From an uncultured Prevotella sp. (lineage in GTDB: Bacteria; Bacteroidota; Bacteroidia; Bacteroidales; Bacteroidaceae): a DNA stretch of 64,000 nt. The notes beneath the pieces are model-generated. The model was not told the DNA's origin. It did not search any database and saw only the letters and a program-made list of their open reading frames with translations. How positions within the stretch are numbered: position 1 is the first letter of the stretch; every line of letters begins with the position of its first letter. This document shows positions 19,163 through 29,542 of the stretch, one piece after another. The position numbers and the translations under genes were made by a program. Location of the stretch: NCBI GenBank assembly GCA_945875635.1, contig CAMCLD010000003.1, forward strand, positions 62,651 through 126,650, written 5' to 3'.

Positions 19163-19877
19163 CGGGTTCGAGATTGTCTATATCTATAATCCTTAGCTCA
19201 AGTGCTCTTACGACAAGACGCGTTGCATTTATATTCATTCCGCCATTGCCATTTGGAAACAGTTTCTGAGACAACTCGTTTTGGCGTTTCTCAAGACTCT
19301 TGACACCGAATGGCATACCTCGAAGATTGGTAATCTGCTCCTTTGTATATCCAAGAGCAAGATGACGCAGGAATCGCTCGTCATATTCGTCTATCTCATA
19401 TTCAACCATCGCTTCCTGATGCATCAACTGCGAGCCTACACTCTGCTTGAATCTGTTGACTATACGTTCAAGAATAGGCTGATTGAATACAAGACGCTTT
19501 CCAGACATGACACTTGCGACATCTCCACGAGTTAGGAGTTCTCCACTCTTAAGACAAATGCCGTCAGCTCCAGCATCCAAGACATCAACCCATAGCTTTT
19601 CGTTAAGTATCTCACCTGTAAATATGAGTACTTTAATGGAAGGATAAGCATCCTTCGTCTGGCGACAAATCTCTACGCCAACAGTAGTGGAGCCTCCAAG
19701 TCCTAAATCTAGAAGGACAAGGTCTGGTTTCTGATGTCTAATGAGTTTCCAATAAGCTATCTCATTCTCTGCCGTGCCTATTATCTCTGCTTCCGGAATA
19801 TCATTTTTGAAAATTCCTTCCGTTCCTTTCAATTCCAGAGGTACATCCTCAACTATAATAACTTTGAATTTTTCCAT
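19152..19877 (-). CDS. Response regulator (REC plus NarL/LuxR-like output; DUF5932-type)
   Basis: IIVED, LVLLD57, T87 and K110 are intact; C-terminal RFLRHLALGYTKEQI helix-turn-helix-like region. Confidence 0.88.
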   Translation of the reverse strand: MEKFKVIIVEDVPLELKGTEGIFKNDIPEAEIIGTAENEIAYWKLIRHQKPDLVLLDLGLGGSTTVGVEICRQTKDAYPSIKVLIFTGEILNEKLWVDVLDAGADGICLKSGELLTRGDVASVMSGKRLVFNQPILERIVNRFKQSVGSQLMHQEAMVEYEIDEYDERFLRHLALGYTKEQITNLRGMPFGVKSLEKRQNELSQKLFPNGNGGMNINATRLVVRALELRIIDIDNLEPDED

Positions 19878-19898
19878 ATTACATTCATTATTTCTTTT

Positions 19899-22800
19899 TC
19901 ACGTTATATCATTCTTTTTATACGGCAATGTGATTACCATCGACAGGCTTCCATCATCTGTTGACGAAGCGGAAATGCCACAACCTCTCATTCCTGTGCA
20001 CTCACCTATATCTCTGACTATCTGACGACAGATAAGGAAAGGTATATTATCCGCTATAGTGGTAAAAAGAGAAGATGCTTGTGATTCTGTAACTTTAATA
20101 TTGCTCATTTCTATTTCAACGCATACATACCTACCGCTGACTGATGACGAAATAACCATAGCCTCCTTATTGTCATTTCTTCGTTTAAACAGTTCGAACA
20201 AATAGCACAACATCTCCTCGTCTGCAAGAACTTTTTCCATTGTATCAGCCCCCTTCACAGGAATCTTCACCTTGTGGCATGTCGGTTTGATCGTGTCCAG
20301 TTGTCTCATTGCCTGCTGCGACAATATATGATACAATTCCTTATAATATGAAACAACCTCTACAACAGCCGTGTTGTCAACTTCCATATTGTCTATAAGC
20401 TGTCTGACTCGAGATGGATAATACATTGTCTCATGTTTTATGGTTGAGAGACAGTTATCCAAGACGCTATTGCTTACATACAAGCGTTCGTGTTCATAAC
20501 GAGCTCTATTGCACTCGTCCTTCATCAAATCTATTGCAGTCTGTGCATCCTCAAGCGTTGAGGCTGAAAGCCTTAGTTCTGACATGATTTTGCTTACAAC
20601 CTCACGTAATTCATCAGGGAAGTCATCAGAAGGAATTTTCTCCACTTCCCTTAGTTTGTCCGAGAGGGGAACATCGCTGTCAAGAATTCCATTTATAAGT
20701 TTCACCTTCTCAAGGCAGAATCTGTAGAATATGTGATGACGGTAATAAAGGAAATAATATGCTGGCACTATTGACAGGAAGAGCAATGCAAGGATTGCCA
20801 TCGTAATGTATTTGTTGGTCTCAGACTTGCTCATGACCCGACAATACTCACCGATGCTTGTATCTGCGGTCACCTCTCTGAATAGCTGGGTATATACCTT
20901 ATTATTATATCTATATAGTTGCCATTCATGAAGAGCAAGCGCCGCCACAGCCGTTTCGTTACGAACAGAAAGAACGACATTATAGTTTACCTTTACACCT
21001 TCGTGCAACCATTTTATCTCAGGTGGCACGGCTGTCACATCTCCATACATTCTCAAGAGACTTTTTTTGTCATCATGTGTCTTCAGATAAAACTTGTTCA
21101 AATAAGCAAGGCAACTATCTGCATAATGAAGAGCCTCTTCGTATCTTCCTTCAACATTGCAGGCATATACCGAATCTGCAAATTCCTCTATCTTACTTGC
21201 ATATAGGAAAGAAGGCGAAAGAAAAAGCAATATCGTAACAAGTTTACGCATACCACCTTTAGGAAGCCTGAAGAATAAGCGAGTACCTTTTCCCTTCTCA
21301 CTTTCTGCAGAAATCATGCAGACGTTGAATATCTTACTGATTTTCTTATATTTGTTTATTATTCCAAGACAGTTAAGAAGCCCAAAGCCATGTGATTTAG
21401 AGGAAGCGACGTCTGCAATATCTTCAGATGCATTAAGGATAGGCTTGTGGTCAAACAAAGTTGACAGTTTGTCACTTTCCATACCAACACCGTTGTCTGT
21501 CACAGATATTTCCACAAAGGAGTCTGTCTCACGTGCATCAACCTCCACGCGTCCATCCTTACCCGTAAATTTACGGGCATTGTCTGAAATAGTATTGAGC
21601 ATAAACAGAGTAAGAGCCTTGTCTGCCTTGACTATAACATCCGTGGGATGCACAACAAGCTCAACCCCTTTCAATTTGAATGACATCATGTTCCTGTTAA
21701 CAATATCAAACAATTCTTGCAAAGGGAAGCTCTCAATGTGAAGGCTCACTTTACCATGTCTCAACTTTATCCATGCCGTCAACACATCGTTGCATTCATT
21801 TATCTTGTCAACAAGCTCTTTCATGTATTCATAACGCTCGAGGCGTCTTTCTGCCGTAGCACGGTCCTTCTCTATACGGACTGTCTCATTAAGAATCCTG
21901 TCAATGAATGTACTTATATAATTAACAAGCGACATCTTTGCGCGTTGCTCCTCATGATACCGTTTCTGACTTACGACACTGGCTTGTATGCCATTATACT
22001 CATCTTCAAGCTCGCTTTTTTCTTCTTCAAGTTCAGATACTTTAGACAGGAATTTGTTTTCCCATCTTTTCAAAGGGTCTAAGAGTGGAGATATAGCATC
22101 CTTACGATAGTTCTTTTTTCTCAACCGGTCGAAAATAAGGAGCAATATAATCACAAGTATTGTCATTGTCGCAATAGCGGCAATCATCCAATTGAGCACG
22201 TTGGCTGTCCTGTCAAGTTGCGAGGCACGAGCCTCAAGGAACTTGTCCTGACGAGTCTCTTCCTGTAGGTCAAGATAGACATTCCTGTTATAGTCACTTG
22301 CCTGTTTGTTGTTTAGTGCTGAATACACGACACTGAGCTGCTCGCGTATGGATGCTATAAGGTCTGGTGCCTGCATTATTGCCTTGTTTGAATCGAGTGC
22401 TTTGTTAAGGCAGTAAAGAGCTGATTCATAATCATTAATCTGCCAGTAACATTGTGAGAGTGTCCTATACGCTCCTGCAATCTGATAGACATCACCATAT
22501 TTTTGGAAAATGCCCAACGAACGTTCTGCTAAATTTCCCGCAAGTAAAGTGTCGGGCATATAGTCAGTATTAATGTATGCAATGGCTGACAAGTTATTTT
22601 CAATAAGACTATCTCTAACAGAAGGTAGTATCAGATGCTCGCTAATTGCCTGTAGAGAATTTGCTTCCCAGAATGTGTATCCCTGCTTTTGTGCAATGGC
22701 ATAGCATTTGAGAAGATAGTCAAACTCCTGCTGATATACAGATTCCTGACTGCCTTTTGTAAGCAAGCCTCCGGAGCCAATCTGATAAAAGAAAGCAAGC

Positions 22801-23471
22801 TGCTGAGCCGTGTCAAGGGTTAAATAGTCTGTTTCCTCAATTATGTCCAATGCTTTTATTGACTGGGAAATCAGACCTATATAATAATAATAAGTTGAAG
22901 AGACAAGAGAAAATTCAGAAACGGCATAGGAAAGTCTCGTTTTCTGCCTCTCGGTTAGAATGTTGTAGTCTTTCCTAATCCTTGAGATACGTCTTTTTGC
23001 AGATTCATAACAATCATAGAAGTCCTTGTTATGTGATTCGCGCTGACAGAGACGCATCAACTGGACATCAGCTACCAAAAGCTCTATCTGGTTATCCGTA
23101 ATACTCTTTATGGTATCTATTTGTGAATATGCCTTATTATAGTTCATCTTAGAGATATTCACAAAAACAAGATTGTTCAATGCCTCTGCTGCACCACTAC
23201 CCTTTCCGGCTGTCGCTTCGTATGCACGGTTAGCATAGTGAAAGGTGGAATCAAGGTTCTTATAATGATAATGGTATGAGAGGTCGTTGTATTTATCCAC
23301 ATTTACCACATCATCGTCACTACATGAAACGAGAGAAGCAATGGCAAAGAAAAACAACAGATAAAGCACAAGGAGGTAAGACCTTGTAAACAAAAGCCTT
23401 ACCTCCGTAGTGCCATATTGAGATGCACTTAACCTCTTGCCTTCGCAATGTAACCAAGAGCCTCTGCGCAT
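19899..23471 (-). CDS. Tandem membrane sensor histidine kinase (DUF5112/DUF5113-type); start uncertain
   Basis: Lipobox-like LVSC50, TPR-like helical region, TM 425-447, HATPase motifs ([24 protein letters not shown]), second hydrophobic segment 741-758, TM 889-910, KHETMYYP, degenerate second HATPase fold. Confidence 0.82.
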   Translation of the reverse strand: MRRGSWLHCEGKRLSASQYGTTEVRLLFTRSYLLVLYLLFFFAIASLVSCSDDDVVNVDKYNDLSYHYHYKNLDSTFHYANRAYEATAGKGSGAAEALNNLVFVNISKMNYNKAYSQIDTIKSITDNQIELLVADVQLMRLCQRESHNKDFYDCYESAKRRISRIRKDYNILTERQKTRLSYAVSEFSLVSSTYYYYIGLISQSIKALDIIEETDYLTLDTAQQLAFFYQIGSGGLLTKGSQESVYQQEFDYLLKCYAIAQKQGYTFWEANSLQAISEHLILPSVRDSLIENNLSAIAYINTDYMPDTLLAGNLAERSLGIFQKYGDVYQIAGAYRTLSQCYWQINDYESALYCLNKALDSNKAIMQAPDLIASIREQLSVVYSALNNKQASDYNRNVYLDLQEETRQDKFLEARASQLDRTANVLNWMIAAIATMTILVIILLLIFDRLRKKNYRKDAISPLLDPLKRWENKFLSKVSELEEEKSELEDEYNGIQASVVSQKRYHEEQRAKMSLVNYISTFIDRILNETVRIEKDRATAERRLERYEYMKELVDKINECNDVLTAWIKLRHGKVSLHIESFPLQELFDIVNRNMMSFKLKGVELVVHPTDVIVKADKALTLFMLNTISDNARKFTGKDGRVEVDARETDSFVEISVTDNGVGMESDKLSTLFDHKPILNASEDIADVASSKSHGFGLLNCLGIINKYKKISKIFNVCMISAESEKGKGTRLFFRLPKGGMRKLVTILLFLSPSFLYASKIEEFADSVYACNVEGRYEEALHYADSCLAYLNKFYLKTHDDKKSLLRMYGDVTAVPPEIKWLHEGVKVNYNVVLSVRNETAVAALALHEWQLYRYNNKVYTQLFREVTADTSIGEYCRVMSKSETNKYITMAILALLFLSIVPAYYFLYYRHHIFYRFCLEKVKLINGILDSDVPLSDKLREVEKIPSDDFPDELREVVSKIMSELRLSASTLEDAQTAIDLMKDECNRARYEHERLYVSNSVLDNCLSTIKHETMYYPSRVRQLIDNMEVDNTAVVEVVSYYKELYHILSQQAMRQLDTIKPTCHKVKIPVKGADTMEKVLADEEMLCYLFELFKRRNDNKEAMVISSSVSGRYVCVEIEMSNIKVTESQASSLFTTIADNIPFLICRQIVRDIGECTGMRGCGISASSTDDGSLSMVITLPYKKNDIT

Positions 23472-24097
23472 TTATCGGAAATTGCTTTCCAGTCACCAGC
23501 TGCTACAACATCCTTCGGGAAAAGTTTGGAACCCATACCTACACAATAGACTCCTGCCTTTATCCATGATGTAAGATTCTCCTCGTCTGGAGACACGCCA
23601 CCTGTAACCATAAGTTTTGACCAAGGCATAGGGGCCTTGAGACCTTTAACCAATTTTGGACCAAGTACATCGCCAGGGAACACCTTGCACAAGTCACATC
23701 CCACTTCCTGTGCGAAACCAACCTCAGACACAGAACCGCAACCTGGAGTATATGGAACCAAACGACGGTTGCATATCTTAGCTATCTCTGGATTGAACAA
23801 CGGACCAACAACGAAACAAGCTCCCAACTGAATATATAAAGCAGCTGTGGCAGGATCAACAACAGAGCCTACACCGAGTGCAAGTTCCGGACATTCCTTG
23901 GCTGCAAACTTAACAACCTCTGCAAAGACCTCGTGTGCGAAATCTCCACGATTGGTGAACTCAAAAGCACGTACTCCTCCATCATAACAAGCTTTGACTA
24001 CATTCTTGGCAGTCTCAGCATCTTTGCTGTAGAAAACAGGAACCATGCCCGTACTTCCAATTTTTGAAAGAACTTCTATTTTATCAAATTTAGCCAT
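23429..24097 (-). CDS. eda: KDPG/KHG aldolase
   Basis: [36 protein letters not shown]. Confidence 0.95.
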   Translation of the reverse strand: MAKFDKIEVLSKIGSTGMVPVFYSKDAETAKNVVKACYDGGVRAFEFTNRGDFAHEVFAEVVKFAAKECPELALGVGSVVDPATAALYIQLGACFVVGPLFNPEIAKICNRRLVPYTPGCGSVSEVGFAQEVGCDLCKVFPGDVLGPKLVKGLKAPMPWSKLMVTGGVSPDEENLTSWIKAGVYCVGMGSKLFPKDVVAAGDWKAISDKCAEALGYIAKARG

Positions 24098-24111
24098 AAA
24101 TTATGTTATTT

Positions 24112-24200
24112 TAGTTGACAAGTAAACAAGTTGACGAGTTGAGAAGTTATTACTTACTCTTGTCCTATTATCCTTGCTTGAATTATCAGCTCGTCAACTA
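24112..24200. repeat. 8-bp-period array with an inverted partner between kdgK and eda
   Basis: TTGACAAG TAAACAAG TTGACGAG TTGAGAAG (24115-24146). CTCGTCAACT (24190-24199) is the reverse complement of AGTTGACGAG (24129-24138). Confidence 0.7.
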
Positions 24201-24209
24201 ATTAATTAT

Positions 24210-25235
24210 TTATCTCTGAACGCGACCAGAAGCATCACCACCTGCAAGTGCCTCAACTTCAGATTTTGAAACCATATTGAAATCACCAGGGATAGTATGC
24301 TTAAGAGCGGATGCTGCAACTGCGAATTCAAGAGCTTTGCCTTGGTTGTCTGGATATGTTAACAATCCATGGATAAGACCGCCTGAGAAAGAGTCACCAC
24401 CTCCAACACGGTCGATAATCGGCATGATATCATAACGCTTGCTCTGATAGAATTCCTTGCCATCGTATATAAGAGCTTTCCATCCATTGTGTGTAGCAGA
24501 GAATGATTCGCGGAGAGTGGAAACGACATACTTGAAGCCAAACTCCTTCATCATGCCCTGGAATATTCCATAATATCCCTCTGCATCCGTCTTTCCACCC
24601 TCTACATCAGCCTCTGGCTTGAAGCCAAGACAAAGCTGGGCATCCTCTTCATTGCCAATACAAACATCAACATACTTCATGAGAGGTTTCATAATACTTT
24701 GGGCTTTTTCCGATGTCCACAACTTCTTACGGAAGTTAAGGTCAACAGAAACTGTAACGCCATGACGCTTTGCTGCCTCGCAAGCAAGCCTTGTCAATTC
24801 GGCTGCCTTGTCGCTAATTGCTGGAGTTATTCCGCTCCAATGGAACCAGTCTGCACCTTCCATTATAGCATCGAAATCGAAATCAGATGGGTCTGCCTCT
24901 GCTATAGAACTACCTGCCCTATCATACACAACCTTTGAAGGACGCATTGAAGCACCTGTCTCAAGGAAATAAATGCCAAGTCTATTGCCACCACGAGCCA
25001 CAAAGTCTGTATGCACTCCAAAACGACGGAGGGCATTCACAGCACACTGACCAATCTCGTGAGAAGGAACTTTACTAACAAAGTAAGCGTCATGACCATA
25101 ATTGGCAACACTTACTGCAACGTTAGCTTCGCCACCTCCATAAACAACATCGAAAAACTCGCTTTGAACAAATCTTTTCTGTCCTGGTGAAGAAAGCCTA
25201 AGCATTATCTCACCCAATGTAACAACTTTTGCCAT
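24210..25235 (-). CDS. kdgK: 2-keto-3-deoxygluconate kinase (PfkB family)
   Basis: GEIMLRLS, GGGEANVA, DLNFRKKLW, DRVGGGDSFSGG. Confidence 0.93.
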   Translation of the reverse strand: MAKVVTLGEIMLRLSSPGQKRFVQSEFFDVVYGGGEANVAVSVANYGHDAYFVSKVPSHEIGQCAVNALRRFGVHTDFVARGGNRLGIYFLETGASMRPSKVVYDRAGSSIAEADPSDFDFDAIMEGADWFHWSGITPAISDKAAELTRLACEAAKRHGVTVSVDLNFRKKLWTSEKAQSIMKPLMKYVDVCIGNEEDAQLCLGFKPEADVEGGKTDAEGYYGIFQGMMKEFGFKYVVSTLRESFSATHNGWKALIYDGKEFYQSKRYDIMPIIDRVGGGDSFSGGLIHGLLTYPDNQGKALEFAVAASALKHTIPGDFNMVSKSEVEALAGGDASGRVQR

Positions 25236-25385
25236 TTTTGTTTTGCTTTAAAATAATTAGTTTGTTATGTTTTAGATAAATAAATTCGTTAAGGTTATAT
25301 AAGTTTACGCTACAGGAGTATCTATCTTGCATTCAAACCTCAAGGAGTTGCAGAAAAAAACATAGTCCTTCCTCCTATCAGTGGA

Positions 25386-25393
25386 CAAAGGTA
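25386..25393 (-). promoter_or_regulatory. -7 promoter element for kdgK
   Basis: Minus-strand TACCTTTG. Confidence 0.55.
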
Positions 25394-25456
25394 ACAAAAA
25401 AAATCATTCTACGAAAGAAAACCCCAAAAAAAGACTTGACAGAGTAAAAATTTAGC

Positions 25457-25496
25457 ATTGTGATTTCGCACAATTCAACAATTATTAGTAATTTTG
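25457..25496 (+). promoter_or_regulatory. Palindromic operator candidate plus -7 element of the LacI-family gene
   Basis: ATTGTG-ATTTCG-CACAAT (25457-25474) and TAATTTTG (25489-25496). Confidence 0.45.
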
Positions 25497-25595
25497 CAGA
25501 AATGGTGCCTATTACATGACCTTGATTCATGCTTGTCACCAACAGTCAATGACAAGTTACAGGTGGAACATGAGCAATTGGATAAAAGAAACACA

Positions 25596-26660
25596 ATGAA
25601 AGAAAGAATTAGAATAAAAGATATCGCAATCAGGGCTGGTGTGTCTGTTGGTACTGTTGACAGAGTTTTGCACGACAGACCAAATGTTTCGAAACAGGCA
25701 AGGACAAAGGTAGAGAAAGCCTTGAAAGAGGTGAACTACCAGCCTAACATGTATGCGAGCGCACTTGCATACAACAAGGCATACACATTCTATTGCTTAC
25801 TTCCAAGTAACCAATATGAGACATATTGGGAAGAGATTGAACACGGTATAAGAAGGGCTGTGGATTTCAGACGCGACTTCCACGTTAAAGTAGTGACACT
25901 TTATTACCAAAGATTCAACAATGATTCTTTCCAAGAGCAATGTACCCAATGCCTTGAGGCTTGTCCAGATGGAGTCATCATGGTACCAACAGAATTGGAG
26001 ACAAGCATGCCCTTTGCCGAAAAGCTTAAAGAACGAAACATCCCTCTCATCCTCCTTGACTCATATATCCAGGAACTTGAACCTTTGGCATTTTTTGGAC
26101 AAGACTCATTCCATAGCGGTTGCTTTGCGGCTAAAATGCTGATGCTCATTGCACGTGGACAGAAAAGGATAATGCTTTTCAAGCAAACAATGCACGGAAG
26201 AGTTTCATCAAGGCAACAGTCAAACAGGGAAATAGGACTGCGCAACTATCTCAATGAAAATCATCCAGAAGTTGACATCGTTGAGTTAGACATTCCTATT
26301 GAGGAAGATAGAAGCAGATATGACGAACTAATGGAGAAGTTCTTTCTCGCCAATCCAGATATTAAGCATTGCATAACACTCAGTTCCAAAGCACATATAG
26401 TGGGTGACTTCTTGCTCCGCACCAACAGGAAGGATGTTCAAATTATGGGATATGATATCGTAGAGAAAAACGCGAAGTGCATGAATAAAGGTTCCATATC
26501 GTTCCTTATTGCACAGCATGCTTACATGCAAGGATTTTATTGCGTTGACGCACTCGTAAAACACAAAATTCTAAAAAAACAGATTGAACAAAAGAATTAC
26601 ATGCCTATTGAACTGATTTCTAAAGAGAACATTGCATTCTACCATAGGGAATCCATATAA
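25596..26660 (+). CDS. LacI-family transcriptional regulator
   Basis: IKDIAIRAGVSVGTVDRVLH helix-turn-helix, YQPN hinge, sugar-binding fold. Start placed at M35 of the tracked ORF. Confidence 0.92.
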   Translation: MKERIRIKDIAIRAGVSVGTVDRVLHDRPNVSKQARTKVEKALKEVNYQPNMYASALAYNKAYTFYCLLPSNQYETYWEEIEHGIRRAVDFRRDFHVKVVTLYYQRFNNDSFQEQCTQCLEACPDGVIMVPTELETSMPFAEKLKERNIPLILLDSYIQELEPLAFFGQDSFHSGCFAAKMLMLIARGQKRIMLFKQTMHGRVSSRQQSNREIGLRNYLNENHPEVDIVELDIPIEEDRSRYDELMEKFFLANPDIKHCITLSSKAHIVGDFLLRTNRKDVQIMGYDIVEKNAKCMNKGSISFLIAQHAYMQGFYCVDALVKHKILKKQIEQKNYMPIELISKENIAFYHRESI

Positions 26661-26728
26661 AAGGCATTCATAGAAAACATTAAAGTTTCACAAGCTAGAA
26701 TCAAAATAACCCTTTAAAAATTAATCTA

Positions 26729-28225
26729 ATGATACAAACAGAATTTATCAGAATCAATCCCGCAGACAGCGTAGTAGTATGCCTGCGAGCAATGTCGAAA
26801 GGAGAAATTATCAGCATTGACAATTTCAATGTCGAGCTTTTGCAGGACACACCTGCAGGTCACAAAGTATTGTTGAAAGACACTTCCAAAGGAGAAGATA
26901 TTATTAAATATGGTTACCCTATCGGACATGCAGCAGAAGACCTGAAAGCTGGAACATGGGTCAACGAGAACAATCTCAAGACAAATCTTGCTGGAACTCT
27001 CTCTTATGAGTATAATCCCGTTAATGAGACTCTAAACATAGCAAAGGAAGACAGGACGTTCAAAGGTTATGAGAGAAAGAATGGCGAGGTGGGTATAAGA
27101 AACGAGATATGGGTCGTACCTACAGTAGGTTGCGTTAATGGAATAGCAGAGAAACTTGTAGAGAAGCTTAAGGAGGAGACAAAGTGTGCTGGTATTGATG
27201 CTATCCATGCATGGCACCACAACTTTGGATGCTCACAACTAAGTGGAGACCATGAGAACACACGCAAGATTCTAAGAGACATCGTATTGCATCCTAATGC
27301 TGGAGGCGTGTTGGTTTTGGGACTTGGATGTGAGAACAACCAACCGGATGACTTTATGCAAACCCTTGGCGACTATGACAATGAGAGAATAAAGCTGATG
27401 GTTTCACAAAAAGTTGAAGGTGACGAAATTGAAGAAGGAATGAAAATCCTTCGCAACATATACAAGATTGCCTCTACTGACAAGAGAACAGATGTCCCCT
27501 TAAGCAAATTGCGTATTGGTTTAAAATGTGGTGGCAGTGACGGCTTCAGCGGAATCACAGCCAATCCTTTAGTAGGAGAACTGTCTGATTACATAGTAGC
27601 TCAGGGCGGAACGTCAATTCTTACAGAGGTTCCAGAAATGTTTGGAGCAGAAACAATACTAATGAATAGGTGTGAGAACAAGGATTTGTTCAACGATACT
27701 GTGTCACTAATAAATAACTTCAAGGATTATTTCCTTTCCCACGGAGAGCCAGTTGGAGAGAATCCTTCACCCGGCAATAAGGCAGGTGGCATTTCAACTC
27801 TTGAGGATAAAGCATTGGGATGTACACAGAAATGCGGAAGGGCTCCTGTCAGTGGTGTTCTTGAATATGGTGACAGACTTAAGAACAACGGTCTTAACCT
27901 GCTATCCGCTCCTGGCAACGACCTTGTCGCATCGACTGCTCTTGCCTCTGCCGGATGCCAGATTGTTTTGTTCACCACAGGAAGAGGCACACCATTCGGT
28001 ACGTTTGTGCCGACAATGAAAATATCCACAAACAGTCTTCTCGCATCAAGGAAATCGAACTGGATTGATTTCAACGCTGGTGTACTTGCAGAGGGCATGG
28101 ATATGAAAGAGCTTCTTCGTCAGTTTATTGAAAAAGTAATATCTGTGGCAAGTGGCGAACTTACACGCAACGAAGAGAATGGTTATCGCGAGATTTCTAT
28201 CTTCAAGAATGGTGTGACGCTATAA
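26729..28225 (+). CDS. uxaA: Altronate dehydratase (UxaA family)
   Basis: SAF domain (PAGHKV, IIKYG), GIRNE, HNFGCSQL, GLGCENN, LKCGGSDGFSGITANP, FTTGRGTP. Confidence 0.93.
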   Translation: MIQTEFIRINPADSVVVCLRAMSKGEIISIDNFNVELLQDTPAGHKVLLKDTSKGEDIIKYGYPIGHAAEDLKAGTWVNENNLKTNLAGTLSYEYNPVNETLNIAKEDRTFKGYERKNGEVGIRNEIWVVPTVGCVNGIAEKLVEKLKEETKCAGIDAIHAWHHNFGCSQLSGDHENTRKILRDIVLHPNAGGVLVLGLGCENNQPDDFMQTLGDYDNERIKLMVSQKVEGDEIEEGMKILRNIYKIASTDKRTDVPLSKLRIGLKCGGSDGFSGITANPLVGELSDYIVAQGGTSILTEVPEMFGAETILMNRCENKDLFNDTVSLINNFKDYFLSHGEPVGENPSPGNKAGGISTLEDKALGCTQKCGRAPVSGVLEYGDRLKNNGLNLLSAPGNDLVASTALASAGCQIVLFTTGRGTPFGTFVPTMKISTNSLLASRKSNWIDFNAGVLAEGMDMKELLRQFIEKVISVASGELTRNEENGYREISIFKNGVTL

Positions 28226-28250
28226 AATAAACCAACACACAAATAAATTC

Positions 28251-29531
28251 ATGAGCAACACGAAAGGTATCATAGCATTATCACCATTAATTGTCTTTGT
28301 ACTGCTTTATCTCGTCACCTCTATCATCATAGGTGATTTTTACAAAGTACCCATAACTGTAGCATTCATGGCATCTGGCATATATGGCATCGCCATATCA
28401 AAGGGAATTCCTTTTGCCAACAGGATTGACATTTTCAGTGAGGGGGCAAGCACAAGCAACATGATGATGATGATATGGATATTTGTTCTGGCTGGTGCCT
28501 TTGCAAACTCTGCAAAGACAACGGGATGCATTGATGCTACCATCAACTTGACATTGTCTGCACTTCCTCCCGGAATGGTCATGCCAGGATTGTTTCTTGC
28601 TGCATGTTTCATATCTCTGTCTATAGGAACGAGTGTCGGCACTATAGTGGCACTCACTCCTATAGCAGCAGGTATGACTGAATATGTGGATCAAAGTCCG
28701 CAATTCATAACAGCCATTGTCGTGGGAGGTGCTTTCTTCGGAGACAACCTGTCTTTTATTAGTGACACGACAGTCGTGGCGACAAGGACACAAGGCTGCA
28801 AGATGAGTGACAAGTTCAGGGTCAACTCCTATATTGTCATGCCAGCTGCCTTTGTTGTCCTTATTATATATACTTTCATCGGACTGGGATTGTCAGCTCC
28901 CTCTGATGTGCCGACAGCAGACTTGTTCAAGGTTATACCATATATAGTAGTATTGGTGGCAGCAATTGCAGGCATGAATGTCATGGCAGTACTGACAACA
29001 GGACTCATCCTTACTGGTATTACAGGAATTGCATGCGGGTGCTACGATATATATGGATGGCTTGGAAGTATGGGCGAAGGTATAGTCAATATGGGTGAAT
29101 TGATTATTATCACGATGCTTGCAGGTGGTCTGCTTGCCATTGTCAAGGCAAATGGCGGCATTGATTATATTATTGAGAAGATTGGCACGCACATTAATGG
29201 CAAACGCGGCGCAGAACTATCGATTGCCACACTCGTAAGCATTGTCAACCTATGTACAGCAAACAATACAGTTGCCATTCTTACAACAGGAGGGCTGGCA
29301 AAGAAGATAGGAGACAAATATGGTCTTGACAACCGTAAGTGTGCTAGTATTCTTGATACTTTCTCGTGTTGCATACAGGGTATCATCCCATACGGTGCAC
29401 AGTTGTTGATGGCTGCAGGGCTGGCGAAGGTCAATCCTGTCAGCATTGTACCGTACATATATTATTCTTTCATAGTTGGAGGTTTTGCGATATTATCAAT
29501 TTTAATCCGATATCCAAGACACTACAGTTAG
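28251..29531 (+). CDS. NhaC-family transporter
   Basis: SIGTSVGTI, GGAFFGDNLSFISDTT, LDTFSC, IIPYGAQLL; multiple TM helices. Confidence 0.85.
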   Translation: MSNTKGIIALSPLIVFVLLYLVTSIIIGDFYKVPITVAFMASGIYGIAISKGIPFANRIDIFSEGASTSNMMMMIWIFVLAGAFANSAKTTGCIDATINLTLSALPPGMVMPGLFLAACFISLSIGTSVGTIVALTPIAAGMTEYVDQSPQFITAIVVGGAFFGDNLSFISDTTVVATRTQGCKMSDKFRVNSYIVMPAAFVVLIIYTFIGLGLSAPSDVPTADLFKVIPYIVVLVAAIAGMNVMAVLTTGLILTGITGIACGCYDIYGWLGSMGEGIVNMGELIIITMLAGGLLAIVKANGGIDYIIEKIGTHINGKRGAELSIATLVSIVNLCTANNTVAILTTGGLAKKIGDKYGLDNRKCASILDTFSCCIQGIIPYGAQLLMAAGLAKVNPVSIVPYIYYSFIVGGFAILSILIRYPRHYS

Positions 29532-29542
29532 TATTTCTGAAA

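Noticed and set aside
29366-29542. Longer N-terminus of the 328-aa tracked ORF
   Set aside because: It overlaps the NhaC gene by 166 nt in another frame; ATG 29543 is the plausible start.
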